64,000 nt of DNA from Flavobacteriales bacterium (GCA_011525015.1 WTJC01000023.1:2062-66061); one strand, 5' to 3'. Shown: positions 54,186 through 64,000, numbered from the stretch's first letter. Translations and numbers: made by a program. The notes: generated by a model from the letters alone, not told the origin.

Positions 54186-55054
54186 AGCATCTTTTGACGG
54201 AGTGAATGCAGAAAATGCTCTCCCTTAAAGTTCAACATTTTTAGTTTGTAGGGCGTCTTTTTGACTACGATTTCTTCCTCATTAGCCATAGTAGTAATTT
54301 TTGAATCTACCGTAATGAGATGCTGTGATTCCCGTCCACTCACTTTGAGTTTGATAACAGTATCATCTTCTATCACCAAAGGTCTTGCATTTAAATTATG
54401 CGGGGCAATAGGTGTTAACACAAAAGATTTTGCTCCTGGTGAAATCACAGGTCCTCCGCAACTCAATGAATAACCTGTTGAGCCCGTTGGTGTTGCCATA
54501 ATCAATCCATCCGCCCAGTAAGAAGTCAAAAAATGATCGTTCAACCAGACTTCAATGGTGATCATAGAGGCGGTGTCTTTCCTTGAAACGGTTATTTCGT
54601 TAAGCGCATCGTTTTCCCAATTCGGACCCAAAAGTTCAGTATGGTTTTCCAGTCTGATGAGTTGCCTAAAATCAAGCTCGTAATTTCCTTGACTAAATTC
54701 GTTCAGCAATGATGCGGCATGTTCTTTTTTATAGGTAGATAAAAAACCCAATCGGCCTGTGTTGATTCCCACCAGTGGAATTCCTTTATCTCGAATGTAA
54801 TTTGAGGCTCTTAGCATGGTTCCATCCCCTCCTATAGAGATGAAAAGCGCTAAATCCTTATCAATTTCTTTATAGCTTTTAAAGGTTTTGAATGCACTTA
54901 TCTCAAGACCTGTCTGTTCTTGGAGTTTTTGAGCAAATTTAAATTCAAAGCAAACCTGGTAATCCAACTCATCCGCAGATTGCAATAATTCTTCTACAAC
55001 CTTTTCTTCGTCTTTATCGATGTGAATCCCAAAAATGGCTATTTCCTTGCTCAT
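54161..55054 (-). CDS. nadK: NAD+ kinase
   Basis: 297 aa with the GGDGT motif (SIGGDGTMLRA) and ATPTGSTGYSLSCGGP. Confidence 0.92.
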   Translation of the reverse strand: MSKEIAIFGIHIDKDEEKVVEELLQSADELDYQVCFEFKFAQKLQEQTGLEISAFKTFKSYKEIDKDLALFISIGGDGTMLRASNYIRDKGIPLVGINTGRLGFLSTYKKEHAASLLNEFSQGNYELDFRQLIRLENHTELLGPNWENDALNEITVSRKDTASMITIEVWLNDHFLTSYWADGLIMATPTGSTGYSLSCGGPVISPGAKSFVLTPIAPHNLNARPLVIEDDTVIKLKVSGRESQHLITVDSKITTMANEEEIVVKKTPYKLKMLNFKGEHFLHSLRQKMLWGEDKRN

Positions 55055-55710
55055 ACGTTTAAATAGCGATTTAAATATTCAGAATTAAGCTTGAGGTCTT
55101 CCCAATACATGTCTTTTATAGAGGTCTCTACAATGTCATATCCGTATCTTCTCATCTCATCTAAGAGGGCTTGCTTTTTTTGCGTTTGCAATTGAAGCGC
55201 TACAACAGTAGATTTTTCATTTTGTTCAACGATAAAAGCACCACTGATCTTGGCTTGGCTAGAAACAGCGATTTGCACAACTTCTGAGAGTGAGAAGTCT
55301 TCATTAGCTCTAGAAAGCAGAAGCGTATCATTCTCATAATCAAATACAGGCATGGCTTTCATCTTATCTAACAAAGCTGTGAGTCTGACATACCCCAAAA
55401 GTTGGTTTTCTTCAGATACAACAGGAATAACATTAGACTGGCTTTGTGACAAAAACCGTAAAAGCGCCGAAATATGCTGGTCGAGCAGTACCGCCTCAAA
55501 TCGAAGAAGCTCTTCGGCTTCTGAAACGGTCATTTCTTTAGTTCTATCTCGAATATCCGCTGCACTCAGCAATCCTATAAACTGGCCAGCCGCATCACAA
55601 ATTCCAATATGTGTAAGCTCATATTCCTCAAAAAAATCATGGAGTTCACCAATGGTTTGATCAGGTGTAAATAGTGGCAGGTCGTTCTGCAATAATTCGG
55701 TCAAATTCAT
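55051..55710 (-). CDS. CBS domain-containing protein
   Basis: I prefer the ATG at 55710 (MNLTELLQ...) over the track start at 55740. It has a tandem CBS-like N-terminal half. There is a 4-nt overlap with nadK. Confidence 0.7.
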   Translation of the reverse strand: MNLTELLQNDLPLFTPDQTIGELHDFFEEYELTHIGICDAAGQFIGLLSAADIRDRTKEMTVSEAEELLRFEAVLLDQHISALLRFLSQSQSNVIPVVSEENQLLGYVRLTALLDKMKAMPVFDYENDTLLLSRANEDFSLSEVVQIAVSSQAKISGAFIVEQNEKSTVVALQLQTQKKQALLDEMRRYGYDIVETSIKDMYWEDLKLNSEYLNRYLNV

Positions 55711-55767
55711 GCATTCGAAATATACTGCAAAATACAACAATCCCTACAAAGGCTCAGTCTGAATGCC

Positions 55768-55775
55768 TATTTTTG
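55768..55775 (+). promoter_or_regulatory. Candidate -7 box (TATTTTTG) for pdxJ
   Basis: TAnnTTTG match 18 nt upstream of the pdxJ ATG at 55794. Confidence 0.35.
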
Positions 55776-55793
55776 TAACTGAAATTCGACAAA

Positions 55794-56516
55794 ATGAGCA
55801 CACATTTAAGTGTAAATATCAACAAATGGGCAACCCTGCGTAACGCCAGAGGTACAAATAGACCCGATTTATTGCAAACTGCGAAAGACATTCAAGATTT
55901 TGGTGCAGCGGGAATAACGGTTCATCCAAGACCCGACGAGCGTCATATCAAGTACCGAGATGCAAGAGCTCTCAAAGAGGTTGTTCACACCGAATACAAT
56001 ATTGAAGGAAACCCCATTAATCGATTTATTGATTTGGTTTTAGAAATCAAACCCACTCAGGTTACCTTGGTGCCAGATGAACCCGATGCCCTCACCTCAG
56101 ATAGTGGATGGGATACCATATCACATCAGGACTTTCTGAAAAAAACGATAAAAATCTTCAAGGAAGAGGGAATCAGGACCTCTATTTTTCTCAATCCAGA
56201 TATCGAAATGGTTAAAGCTGCTGCAGATACGGGAACAGACCGCATTGAATTATACACCGAGCCCTATGCAGCACAATACGAAGAAAACCCTACTGAGGCC
56301 ATAGTAGCTTTTGTAAGCGCTGCGGAAGAAGCCGAAAAATTAGGCATTGGTTTAAATGCAGGTCACGACCTCAACCTTGATAATATAGCCTTCTTTGCGG
56401 CTTCTATTCCAAGTTTAAAGGAGGTCTCCATCGGTCATGCTTTGATTTGCGAATCCATTTATCTAGGGTTAGAGAATGTCATACAGATGTACAATCACAA
56501 GCTCAAAAACTATTGA
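55794..56516 (+). CDS. pdxJ: Pyridoxine 5'-phosphate synthase
   Basis: 240 aa, LSVNINKWATLRNARG, HPRPDERH, EVSIGHALI, canonical PdxJ motifs. Confidence 0.94.
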   Translation: MSTHLSVNINKWATLRNARGTNRPDLLQTAKDIQDFGAAGITVHPRPDERHIKYRDARALKEVVHTEYNIEGNPINRFIDLVLEIKPTQVTLVPDEPDALTSDSGWDTISHQDFLKKTIKIFKEEGIRTSIFLNPDIEMVKAAADTGTDRIELYTEPYAAQYEENPTEAIVAFVSAAEEAEKLGIGLNAGHDLNLDNIAFFAASIPSLKEVSIGHALICESIYLGLENVIQMYNHKLKNY

Positions 56517-57295
56517 ATAACAACCTGCACAGTATCGTACTGGGGGCGTCCTCCCATAAACTGCTGATTCTTCACGGTTTTTTAGGCATGTCTGACAATT
56601 GGAAAACCCTGGGTAAAAAATGGAGTGAACTCGGTTTCGAAGTACACTTAATCGATGCAAGAAACCACGGTAAAAGCTTGCACTCCAACGATTTCTCCTA
56701 CGCTTTAATGTGTGCCGATTTAAAGGCATACATCGCAGAGCACGATATCGCTCATTTTGACCTACTTGGGCATTCAATGGGAGGAAAAACAGCTATGCAT
56801 TTCGCTTGCGAAAACCCAGAAAACATCAAAAAATTAATCGTTGCAGATATAGCGCCGAAGGCGTATCCACCTCATCACGATTATATCATTGACGCCCTAA
56901 AAAATTTAAACTTTGACCTACTCAAAACCAGAGGAGAGGTAGACGAGGTACTGTCCAAGGATATACACAATCCTGGGGTTCGACAGTTTTTAATGAAAAA
57001 TTTATATTGGAAATCTCCGGGTATTTTAGGCCTTAAATGCAATATTGATGCACTTTCAGCACATAGGCATGTCGTTGGCCAGCCCCTTTCAACGCAGTTG
57101 AATTTTTCAGGACCGAGTCTTTTTTTAAGAGGATCGCGTTCTGATTATATTTCGACCGAAGATTTTAGCGCCATAAAAGTGCACTTTCCAACTGCAGAAG
57201 TTAAAACAATTGAAAACGCAGGGCATTGGTTGCATGCAGAGAACCCCATGGCCTTTTCAAAAGCCGTTTTAGATTTTATATTTGACAAAGAATGA
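56513..57295 (+). CDS. Alpha/beta-fold hydrolase
   Basis: The track ORF begins at 56447 inside pdxJ. An in-frame TTG at 56513, overlapping the pdxJ TGA, gives MNNNLHSIVLG... and is more plausible. Motifs LILHGFLG, GHSMGG and GHWLHAENP are present. Confidence 0.8.
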   Translation: MNNNLHSIVLGASSHKLLILHGFLGMSDNWKTLGKKWSELGFEVHLIDARNHGKSLHSNDFSYALMCADLKAYIAEHDIAHFDLLGHSMGGKTAMHFACENPENIKKLIVADIAPKAYPPHHDYIIDALKNLNFDLLKTRGEVDEVLSKDIHNPGVRQFLMKNLYWKSPGILGLKCNIDALSAHRHVVGQPLSTQLNFSGPSLFLRGSRSDYISTEDFSAIKVHFPTAEVKTIENAGHWLHAENPMAFSKAVLDFIFDKE

Positions 57296-57651
57296 AGACA
57301 TTAATTAGGTGGCTGATCAATAGCCTCGGTGTTATTGTAATTGCCGAAATTTTACCCGGTGTAGAAATCAAAAGTTTTTTTACTGCCATGGCAGTTGCTT
57401 TGGTTTTGAGCATCCTCAATCTAATTGTAAAGCCAATACTCATTGTATTAACCTTACCTATAACCATCTTAAGCTTAGGTATTTTTTTGCTGATTATCAA
57501 TGCATTAATCATTCAATTAGCAAGTTCAATCGTTCCAAATTTTATGGTCAGTTCGCTTTGGACCGCATTGATTTATAGTCTGTTATTGTCGGTAATGCAA
57601 TCGTTTTTACAGGGATTATTTGAAACCGACCGACAGGATCATGAGCATTAA
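57292..57651 (+). CDS. Small 4-TM membrane protein of the DUF360 / YvlD family (often auto-annotated as phage holin family protein)
   Basis: 119 aa. WLINSLGVIVIAEILPGVEI... and ...LSLGIFLLIINALIIQLAS match the family pattern by eye. ATGA overlap with the preceding hydrolase. Confidence 0.6.
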   Translation: MKTLIRWLINSLGVIVIAEILPGVEIKSFFTAMAVALVLSILNLIVKPILIVLTLPITILSLGIFLLIINALIIQLASSIVPNFMVSSLWTALIYSLLLSVMQSFLQGLFETDRQDHEH

Positions 57652-57675
57652 GTTGTAGACGGCCTTAAAATAGAC

Positions 57676-57683
57676 TATTTTTG
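57676..57683 (+). promoter_or_regulatory. Candidate -7 box (TATTTTTG) for tig-clpP-clpX
   Basis: TAnnTTTG match 23 nt upstream of the tig ATG at 57707. Confidence 0.35.
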
Positions 57684-57706
57684 CGCTCCTTAAATGCTAT
57701 AATTAG

Positions 57707-59035
57707 ATGAAAATAACCAAACAAGAGGTCGACGCGTTAAACGCAGTGCTAACCCTTGAAATTCAACAGGAAGATTACAGTCCTCAGGTGGACAAAATTT
57801 TAAAAGATTACCGAAAAAACGCCAACATTCCAGGATTTAGAAAGGGACAGGTTCCTATGGGAATGATTCGTAAACAATACGGTAGAGCGGTTCAAGTAGA
57901 TGAGGTCAATAAAATGATTCAACAACAGATTGGATCTTATATCGACAAGGAAAAATTAGAGGTGCTCGGCAATCCACTCCCTGTGGAAAAAGATGAATTT
58001 AGCTGGGATGACAACCCTCTTACATTTGACTTTGAGCTCGGACTTGCTCCTTCTTTTGAAGCAAAAATTAAGACCAAAAAATCGGTTGTGCATTATCACA
58101 TTATCGCAGATGACAATAGTATTAATGAGCAGATTGAAAGAATTCGAAAACAATACGGAAAATTAATCGCTCAAGAAAGTGTTACTAAAGACACTGAGGT
58201 CAACGGTCGTTTCTTTGACGAACAATTAGAGGTTGACCATAAAACCCAGCTTGATCTCACAGAACTCAAGGGCAAGAAATTAATCAAAGAACTCAGCGGC
58301 AAAAAGGCAAATGATGTTGTAGAACTCAACACCAAAAACTTGTTTGAGAGCGACCTTTTGTTGGCGAGACATTTGGGAGTGAGCGAAGAAAAAGTTCAAG
58401 ACTTGAACAACGTGAACATCCAATTCACTATAGAAGAAATCAACAAAAGAGAACCCGCTGAACTAGATCAAGAATTTTATGACAAACTTTTCGGGCCCGG
58501 AGCCATTTCATCAGAAGAGGAGTTGAAAGCTAAGCTCAAAGAAGACGGCGAAAAACAGTTCGTACAACAATCTGACCAGAAGTTAATGGCAGATTACACA
58601 GAGCGTTTATTAGAAGACCACAAATTTGACCTACCCTCAGATTTTCTTAAGAAGTGGATTCAAGTAAGTGGTGAAAAACCGTTGACCGAAGAAGAAGCCC
58701 TTGCCGAATACGAAAAATCAGAAAAGGGAATTCGTTACCAACTGATCGAGGCAAAAATCATAGATCAGCACGAACTTCAAATGAACTTTGAGGAACTCAA
58801 AGCCTATGCTAAAGAATTTATCAAAGCACAAATGGCACAATACGGCCAAATGAATCCTCCTGAAGAACAGCTGGATGAAATTGCTGCACGTGTGATGAGT
58901 AATGAGGATGAGACCCGTCGACTGTCTTCTCAATTAATGAATCAAAAATTATTAGATTTAATTAAAAAGGAAGGAAATTTGAAGAAGAAAGAATTAAATT
59001 TTGAGAAATTTATAAAGGAAGCTTACAAGGCCTAA
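57707..59035 (+). CDS. tig: Trigger factor
   Basis: 442 aa with the ribosome-binding motif GFRKGQVP near the N-terminus. Followed by clpP and clpX in the classic order. Confidence 0.92.
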   Translation: MKITKQEVDALNAVLTLEIQQEDYSPQVDKILKDYRKNANIPGFRKGQVPMGMIRKQYGRAVQVDEVNKMIQQQIGSYIDKEKLEVLGNPLPVEKDEFSWDDNPLTFDFELGLAPSFEAKIKTKKSVVHYHIIADDNSINEQIERIRKQYGKLIAQESVTKDTEVNGRFFDEQLEVDHKTQLDLTELKGKKLIKELSGKKANDVVELNTKNLFESDLLLARHLGVSEEKVQDLNNVNIQFTIEEINKREPAELDQEFYDKLFGPGAISSEEELKAKLKEDGEKQFVQQSDQKLMADYTERLLEDHKFDLPSDFLKKWIQVSGEKPLTEEEALAEYEKSEKGIRYQLIEAKIIDQHELQMNFEELKAYAKEFIKAQMAQYGQMNPPEEQLDEIAARVMSNEDETRRLSSQLMNQKLLDLIKKEGNLKKKELNFEKFIKEAYKA

Positions 59036-59055
59036 TTCAATAGAAAAGGAATTTT

Positions 59056-59733
59056 ATGAAAGATATTGCCAAAGAATTTGAAAAATTTGCTACCAAAGAC
59101 CAGGGAATTAGCAGTCTGTACTACAATCAAATGATATCGAGCATGTATCCTGTTGGACTCACGCCAAATATCATAGAAGAACGTCAGATGAACATAGCTA
59201 TTTTCGATGTTTTCTCTCGATTGATGATGGATCGCATTATCTTCTTAGGAACCGCAATCAATGATCAAGTGGCTAATATCGTTCAAGCCCAATTGCTTTT
59301 TTTGGAAAGTACCGATGCTTCTAAAGACATACAGATTTATATCAATTCTCCTGGCGGAAGTGTTTACGCAGGTTTAGGAATTTACGACACCATGCAATTC
59401 ATCAAGCCAGATGTTGCTACCATATGCACCGGAATGGCGGCTTCTATGGGTGCTGTATTGCTCTGTGCGGGTACTGCTGGCAAAAGAAGTGGACTAGAAC
59501 ATTCAAGAGTAATGATACATCAACCTATGGGTGGAGCACAAGGTCAAGCCTCAGATATTGAAATTACTGCCAAAGAAATTCTTACCTTAAAGGATGAATT
59601 GTATCAAATCATAGCCAAACACACAGGAAAAGACTTTGACACCGTATATGCAGATAGTGATAGAGACTATTGGATGAAGGCAGACAAGGCTAAGGAGTAC
59701 GGCATGATTGATGAAATTTTAATTAGAAACTAA
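59056..59733 (+). CDS. clpP: ATP-dependent Clp protease proteolytic subunit
   Basis: 225 aa with catalytic region GMAASMGA and HQPMGG. Confidence 0.95.
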   Translation: MKDIAKEFEKFATKDQGISSLYYNQMISSMYPVGLTPNIIEERQMNIAIFDVFSRLMMDRIIFLGTAINDQVANIVQAQLLFLESTDASKDIQIYINSPGGSVYAGLGIYDTMQFIKPDVATICTGMAASMGAVLLCAGTAGKRSGLEHSRVMIHQPMGGAQGQASDIEITAKEILTLKDELYQIIAKHTGKDFDTVYADSDRDYWMKADKAKEYGMIDEILIRN

Positions 59734-59751
59734 ATCGAATAGCACGCTAGC

Positions 59752-60981
59752 ATGGATTCAATGGATTTAAGTTGTTCATTTTGTGGTCGTAAAAAAGAAG
59801 AGACCGATCTTCTTATTGCGGGTAACAAGGCTCACATTTGTGACAAATGTGTAGAACAAGCGCACTTTATTGCCACAGAAGACAACGAAAGTAAATCCAA
59901 TGCGAATCTGGAAGATTTAGACTTAAAAAAGCCCAAGGAAATAAAAGCTTTTTTAGACGAGTATGTAATCGGTCAAGACCACAGCAAAAAAATATTAGCA
60001 GTAGCTGTCTATAATCACTACAAGAGAATTACACAAAAGACCTCAGCTGAAGAGATTGAAATAGAAAAGAGTAATATTCTTCTGGTGGGACGCACAGGTA
60101 CCGGTAAGACCCTTCTAGCAAAGAGTATTGCTAAGATGCTTCAAGTACCCCTGGCCATAGTTGACGCCACTGTGCTCACTGAAGCTGGCTATGTAGGTGA
60201 AGACGTTGAGAGTCTTTTAACTCGATTACTTCAGGCCGCAGATTACGATTTAGAGAAAGCCCAAAAAGGGATTGTATTTATCGATGAAATCGATAAAATT
60301 GCACGCAAAAATGACAATCCTTCTATTACAAGAGATGTATCTGGAGAGGGTGTGCAACAAGGCCTGCTTAAACTCTTAGAAGGAACTGTGGTAAATGTGC
60401 CGCCAAAAGGAGGTCGAAAACATCCTGATCAAAAATTTATTGAGGTAGACACCAAGAATATCTTATTCATTGCGGGAGGTGCCTTTGACGGTATTGAAAA
60501 ACTCATCAGTCAACGTTTAAATATGCAAGCGGTAGGTTATGGTCAATTGCAAAAAGGAGACCAAATCGACCGAGAAAACCTGGTGCAATACATTACGCCT
60601 AAAGATGTTAGAGACTTCGGATTGATTCCTGAAATTATCGGAAGACTACCTGTACTCACGCACATGAATCCTCTGGATCGAGATGCCTTAAAGCAGATTT
60701 TAACCCAACCAAAAAACGCAATCATCAAGCAGTATAAAAAGCTTTTTGAGATGGATAATATTTCTTTTGAAATTGAAGATGAGGCGCTAGATTATATTGT
60801 AGATAAGGCAATCGATTACAAACTTGGAGCGCGAGGACTTCGTTCGCTTTGCGAATCTATTTTTATAGAGGCCATGTATGAGATGCCTTCTTCGGAATCT
60901 AAGAGTTTGGTTGTGGACAAATCTTATGCAGAACGCCACCTTTCATTTGAGCGACTCAGCCAGCTAAAAGCGGTCTCTTAA
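59752..60981 (+). CDS. clpX: ATP-dependent Clp protease ATP-binding subunit ClpX
   Basis: 409 aa with an N-terminal C4 zinc finger (CSFCGRK...CDKCV), Walker [12 protein letters not shown] and Walker B FIDEIDK. Confidence 0.95.
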   Translation: MDSMDLSCSFCGRKKEETDLLIAGNKAHICDKCVEQAHFIATEDNESKSNANLEDLDLKKPKEIKAFLDEYVIGQDHSKKILAVAVYNHYKRITQKTSAEEIEIEKSNILLVGRTGTGKTLLAKSIAKMLQVPLAIVDATVLTEAGYVGEDVESLLTRLLQAADYDLEKAQKGIVFIDEIDKIARKNDNPSITRDVSGEGVQQGLLKLLEGTVVNVPPKGGRKHPDQKFIEVDTKNILFIAGGAFDGIEKLISQRLNMQAVGYGQLQKGDQIDRENLVQYITPKDVRDFGLIPEIIGRLPVLTHMNPLDRDALKQILTQPKNAIIKQYKKLFEMDNISFEIEDEALDYIVDKAIDYKLGARGLRSLCESIFIEAMYEMPSSESKSLVVDKSYAERHLSFERLSQLKAVS

Positions 60982-62504
60982 ACTAATTCCGCTTCTAATT
61001 CTAAAAGCTCTTCTAAAAAGTCACGACTATTGGACAGACGCGGCACCTTATGCTGCCCCCCTAGTTTGTTTTTTTGTTTCATCCATCTGTAGAAAAGTCC
61101 AGGTGAAGCTGCATTCAATTTTAGTTGAGACAACGTAATGTCAGCATTTCGCTTGGCGTCATAGTCAGAGTTGAGTTTACGCAATTCTTCATCTAAGAGC
61201 TGTTCAAAAAGTTGTAAATCGGCAGGTTGAATTTTAAACTCAATCAACCACTGATGGGCTCCTTTTTGATTTGAATCCATAAAAATGGGTGCTACGGTGT
61301 ATTCAATGACCTCACTTTGGGTTATTCTACATGCGTAATCCAACGCTTTCTCGGCATTTTCTATGACCAGTTCTTCTCCAAATACATTGATGTGATGCTT
61401 GGTGCGTCCACTGATATTAATGCGATAAGGAGCCGTTGAAGTAAATCGAACAGTATCTCCAATACAATACCTCCATAATCCAGCGTTGGTGGTGATCAGC
61501 ATGGCGTAGTTTACATCTTTCTCAACTTCCCACAAGGGTATGGCCTTTGGAAATGGGTCATCTTTAGTGTAATGCTCCATAGGTATGAATTCATAAAAGA
61601 TTCCATAATCCAACATCAACAACAACTCATTCGAAAAATTTTGATCTTGAATGGCAAAGAACCCTTCTGAAGCATTGTAGATTTCATAGCATTTTGAATC
61701 TACTGGGAGTATTTTTTTAAACTGTTCTCTATAAGGTGTAAAAGCAACACCACCGTGAAAATACACTTCTAAATGAGGCCAAATGGCAGCAAGATTTTCT
61801 GCGGATTGCTCCTGCAGCAATTGATTTAAAAGAACCAGCATCCAAGAGGGTACTCCTGCTAAAGAAGTGACATTTTCTGGGATACTTTCCGCTATAATTG
61901 CCCTTAACTTGTCTTCCCAATTCGACATTAAAGACACCTTATTGCTCGGAGTACTACTGTATTCAGCCCACTTAGGCATATTATCAATCAAAATAGCCGA
62001 CAAATCTCCAAAGTAACTTCCGTTATCCTTATAGAGTTCTTTGCTTCCTCCTAACCTCAAACTCTTTCCTGTAAAAAGTTTAGACTCAGGATTATTATTG
62101 AGATATAGACAGAGTAGGTCTTTACCCGATTTAAAATGACAATCGATTAGGGCTTCTTGGCTCACTGGAATGAATTTGCTCTTGGCATTGGTCGTTCCAC
62201 TGCTCTTAGCGAACCACTTGATATCGGAGGACCAAAAAAGTTGTTGTTCGCCCTTTCTGGTCCGATCAATAGCATCAGCGATATCTTCATAATGAACAAC
62301 AGGAATTCGAGTTCTAAAATCTTCGTAATTGCGAATACTTCCAAAATCAAAGGTTCTACCCCATTCTGTATTTTGAGCTTGATCGAGCAATTTTTGCAGT
62401 ACCTCATATTGCACATCGCCTGGATACTTCAAAAACAATTCAATCTGATGAATGCGTTTTTTGAGCCACCAAGATGCAATACTATTGAAAAGAGGTAATG
62501 CCAT
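60978..62504 (-). CDS. GH3-family (auxin-responsive-promoter family) acyl-adenylate-forming enzyme homologue, function unknown in bacteria
   Basis: 508 aa. The N-terminus ([16 protein letters not shown]) and overall pattern match the bacterial GH3 family common in Bacteroidetes. Its stop overlaps the clpX stop by 4 nt. Confidence 0.8.
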   Translation of the reverse strand: MALPLFNSIASWWLKKRIHQIELFLKYPGDVQYEVLQKLLDQAQNTEWGRTFDFGSIRNYEDFRTRIPVVHYEDIADAIDRTRKGEQQLFWSSDIKWFAKSSGTTNAKSKFIPVSQEALIDCHFKSGKDLLCLYLNNNPESKLFTGKSLRLGGSKELYKDNGSYFGDLSAILIDNMPKWAEYSSTPSNKVSLMSNWEDKLRAIIAESIPENVTSLAGVPSWMLVLLNQLLQEQSAENLAAIWPHLEVYFHGGVAFTPYREQFKKILPVDSKCYEIYNASEGFFAIQDQNFSNELLLMLDYGIFYEFIPMEHYTKDDPFPKAIPLWEVEKDVNYAMLITTNAGLWRYCIGDTVRFTSTAPYRINISGRTKHHINVFGEELVIENAEKALDYACRITQSEVIEYTVAPIFMDSNQKGAHQWLIEFKIQPADLQLFEQLLDEELRKLNSDYDAKRNADITLSQLKLNAASPGLFYRWMKQKNKLGGQHKVPRLSNSRDFLEELLELEAELV

Positions 62505-62565
62505 TATTAGTATCTTTAACCTCGCTAAAATATACTTATTGAAGTAATTTTCAAATCAATTTTAT

Positions 62566-63378
62566 ATGTTGTATTCAGGGGTTTTAAGGAAAATGTCAAC
62601 GCGTTTAAACGAGAAAGAGGTTCACTACTACCTCGAGCTCGAAAATGACCTTATTCACCTCAATCAATTAATTCATAAAAAATTACACCTAGAACTTCAG
62701 GGCTACCAATGCTTAAATTGCGACGCTGACGAGACCATTTTTGCCCAAGGCTTTTGTAAAAAATGCTTTTTTGAATCGCCCAAGGCCGGAGAATGGATCA
62801 TGAAACCAGAACTCAGTAAGGCTCACTTAGGTGAAGAAGACAGGGATTTGGAATTCGAAAAAAGAATGCAATTGCAACCCCATATCGTATACCTTTCAAA
62901 TACGGGAACCGTTAAGGTGGGAATCACGCGAAAAAAGCAGCTTCCAACGCGTTGGATTGACCAAGGCGCACATCAGGCCATGGCTGTTTTAGAAACACCT
63001 AACCGATATCTTGCAGGGGTGGCTGAAGTCGCCTTAAAAAATTACATCAGCGACAAAACCAATTGGCGCACTATGCTCACTAATAGTGAAGATGACCAAG
63101 ACTTAGAGGAGGTTTTTAAAAGTCTTCAAACCCATGTTCCAGAAGAGGTAAAAGATTGCCTTATTGCTGAGTTGAACAAGGTGCCCATTGATTTTCCTTA
63201 TGCCCAAAAAATCGAAAAAGTAATCAAGAGCCATTCGCTCAAAAAAGACCCTAATGTCGAAGGTGTTTTGATTGGTATCAAAGGTCAATACCTCATATTT
63301 GAAGATGGAACGGTAATGAACATTAGAAATCACGAAGGCTTTAGAGTAGGTCTCGACGTGAAGACCTTAAGCATCTAG
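62566..63378 (+). CDS. DUF2797-like protein with an N-terminal CxxC...CxxC zinc ribbon
   Basis: 270 aa, CLNC-x13-CKKC followed by a conserved-looking VKVGITRK...RWIDQGA core. Family name recognised by eye, not searched. Confidence 0.55.
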   Translation: MLYSGVLRKMSTRLNEKEVHYYLELENDLIHLNQLIHKKLHLELQGYQCLNCDADETIFAQGFCKKCFFESPKAGEWIMKPELSKAHLGEEDRDLEFEKRMQLQPHIVYLSNTGTVKVGITRKKQLPTRWIDQGAHQAMAVLETPNRYLAGVAEVALKNYISDKTNWRTMLTNSEDDQDLEEVFKSLQTHVPEEVKDCLIAELNKVPIDFPYAQKIEKVIKSHSLKKDPNVEGVLIGIKGQYLIFEDGTVMNIRNHEGFRVGLDVKTLSI

Positions 63379-64000
63379 TTGTATTTCTTCACCGACTTTT
63401 AGGCCAAACTGTTTGCGAATAATATAGACCCCTAGATATAATAAAGGCGTGTCTAAAGCAGCAACCATAGCTTTAAATAAAAAGCCAGATATCACTAAAC
63501 CGGCGAAACGCTCCCATGGTATTTCTCCGAAAAAGCACAACAAAGAAATCACCGATAAGGTATCTATTAATTGAGAGGAGAAGGTTGAAAAATTGTTTCG
63601 AAGCCATAGGTGTTTTCCTTTGGTGAGATTTTTCCAAAAGTGATAAATCTGAATATCTACAAATTGCGCCAGTAAATAAGCCATCATTGAAGAAAAGACA
63701 GCTATTACTGTATTTCCAAAGACACGACTAAAAAGCTCATCCGACAAAGGAGACCAGCTCGTCGCTGAAGAAGCATCGGATACATACACGATTAAAAGTG
63801 AAAAAAAAGAGGCGAAAATTCCAGTAATCACAACCTGATTGGCCTTCTTCTTTCCATAAATTTCAGAGATTAAATCGGTAATCAAAAAAGTAATTGGATA
63901 AGGCAGTAAACCCACAGATGCTTCAAAGATTGGAGCTCCAAAAATTTCAATATCTCCAAAAGGTTTAAAACTGAAAAATTTCTGAAAAATGAGATTTGAA
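63367..64000 (-). CDS. Queuosine-precursor transporter-like membrane protein (YhhQ / VUT family, DUF165); N-terminus lies beyond the right edge
   Basis: The track ORF begins at a GVG... GTG codon (63915), but the frame stays open to 64000 (...FKPFGDIEIFGAPIFEASVGLLPYPITFLITDLISEIYG). The gene is therefore truncated by the window. Polytopic, with a YhhQ-like ITDLISEIYG motif. Confidence 0.65.
   Translation of the reverse strand, partial: SNLIFQKFFSFKPFGDIEIFGAPIFEASVGLLPYPITFLITDLISEIYGKKKANQVVITGIFASFFSLLIVYVSDASSATSWSPLSDELFSRVFGNTVIAVFSSMMAYLLAQFVDIQIYHFWKNLTKGKHLWLRNNFSTFSSQLIDTLSVISLLCFFGEIPWERFAGLVISGFLFKAMVAALDTPLLYLGVYIIRKQFGLKVGEEIQLDA

Noticed and set aside
57292-57651. A possible prophage remnant, because this family is often annotated as a phage holin family protein.
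   Set aside because: It is a single small membrane gene translationally coupled to a housekeeping hydrolase and followed by tig-clpP-clpX. There is no integrase, terminase, capsid, tail or lysin gene and no att-like repeats anywhere in the window.
1-64000. A search of the whole window for CRISPR arrays, tRNA or rRNA genes, IS elements, integrases, toxin-antitoxin pairs, restriction-modification or other defence islands, and long repeats.
   Set aside because: None was seen. Every sizeable ORF has a recognisable housekeeping or conserved-hypothetical identity. The largest non-coding gap (30671..30984) is explained by divergent promoters plus the attenuator. Repeat detection was by eye only, so a dot-plot or self-BLAST would be needed to exclude dispersed short repeats.

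Overview
This window reads as a densely packed core-chromosome segment of a Flavobacteriia-type (Bacteroidota) genome. The evidence for that placement is gldB/gldC, a GLPGLI-family gene, Bacteroidetes-style TAnnTTTG -7 boxes and the typical dcw gene order. The sequence is AT-rich by eye; GC content was not computed.

I support about 67 CDS. I saw no rRNA, tRNA, CRISPR array, transposase, integrase or phage module.

Gene content from left to right:
- 1-13.9 kb: a complete minus-strand dcw cluster, mraZ-rsmH-ftsL-ftsI-murE-mraY-murD-ftsW-murG-murC-ftsQ-ftsA-ftsZ. murF and ddl are not in the cluster, and ftsZ runs off the left edge.
- 14-26.7 kb: housekeeping genes (hydrolase, engB, gldC-gldB, nadE, an orphan LuxR-type response regulator, dnaG, polyprenyl synthase, rlmN, queA, aroA, mazG-like, dtd, rsgA).
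- 26.7-30.7 kb: an aromatic amino acid operon (pheA, aminotransferase, tyrA, DAHP synthase/chorismate mutase).
- 31-38.7 kb: ABC ATPase, serine hydrolase, metK, a TonB-like barrel plus GLPGLI pair, and a deoxynucleoside kinase.
- 38.7-48.6 kb: membrane pyrophosphatase, pdhB, etfBA, nuclease, nucleoside transporter, thyA, folA, murI.
- 48.6-55.7 kb: an envelope cluster (skp x2, bamA, uppS, barrel protein, nadK, CBS protein).
- 55.8-64 kb: pdxJ, hydrolase, DUF360, tig-clpP-clpX, GH3-family, DUF2797 and a truncated yhhQ-like transporter.

I do not see a novel multi-gene accessory or defence system here, and I will not invent one. The best signals are regulatory or single-protein oddities:
1. An 18-codon Phe/Tyr-rich leader ORF with a 1:2 / 2:3 / terminator architecture directly in front of the pheA operon.
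2. Four 10-bp-phased GTG[G/T]A repeats (an MraZ-operator-like array) over the mraZ promoter.
3. A structured metK leader that may be a SAM riboswitch.
4. A DnaG whose CHC2 zinc-finger ligands are all substituted, next to a small CxxC zinc-ribbon gene.
5. A response regulator with Glu at the phospho-acceptor position.

All motif and alignment statements were made by eye from the sequence. No database search was run.
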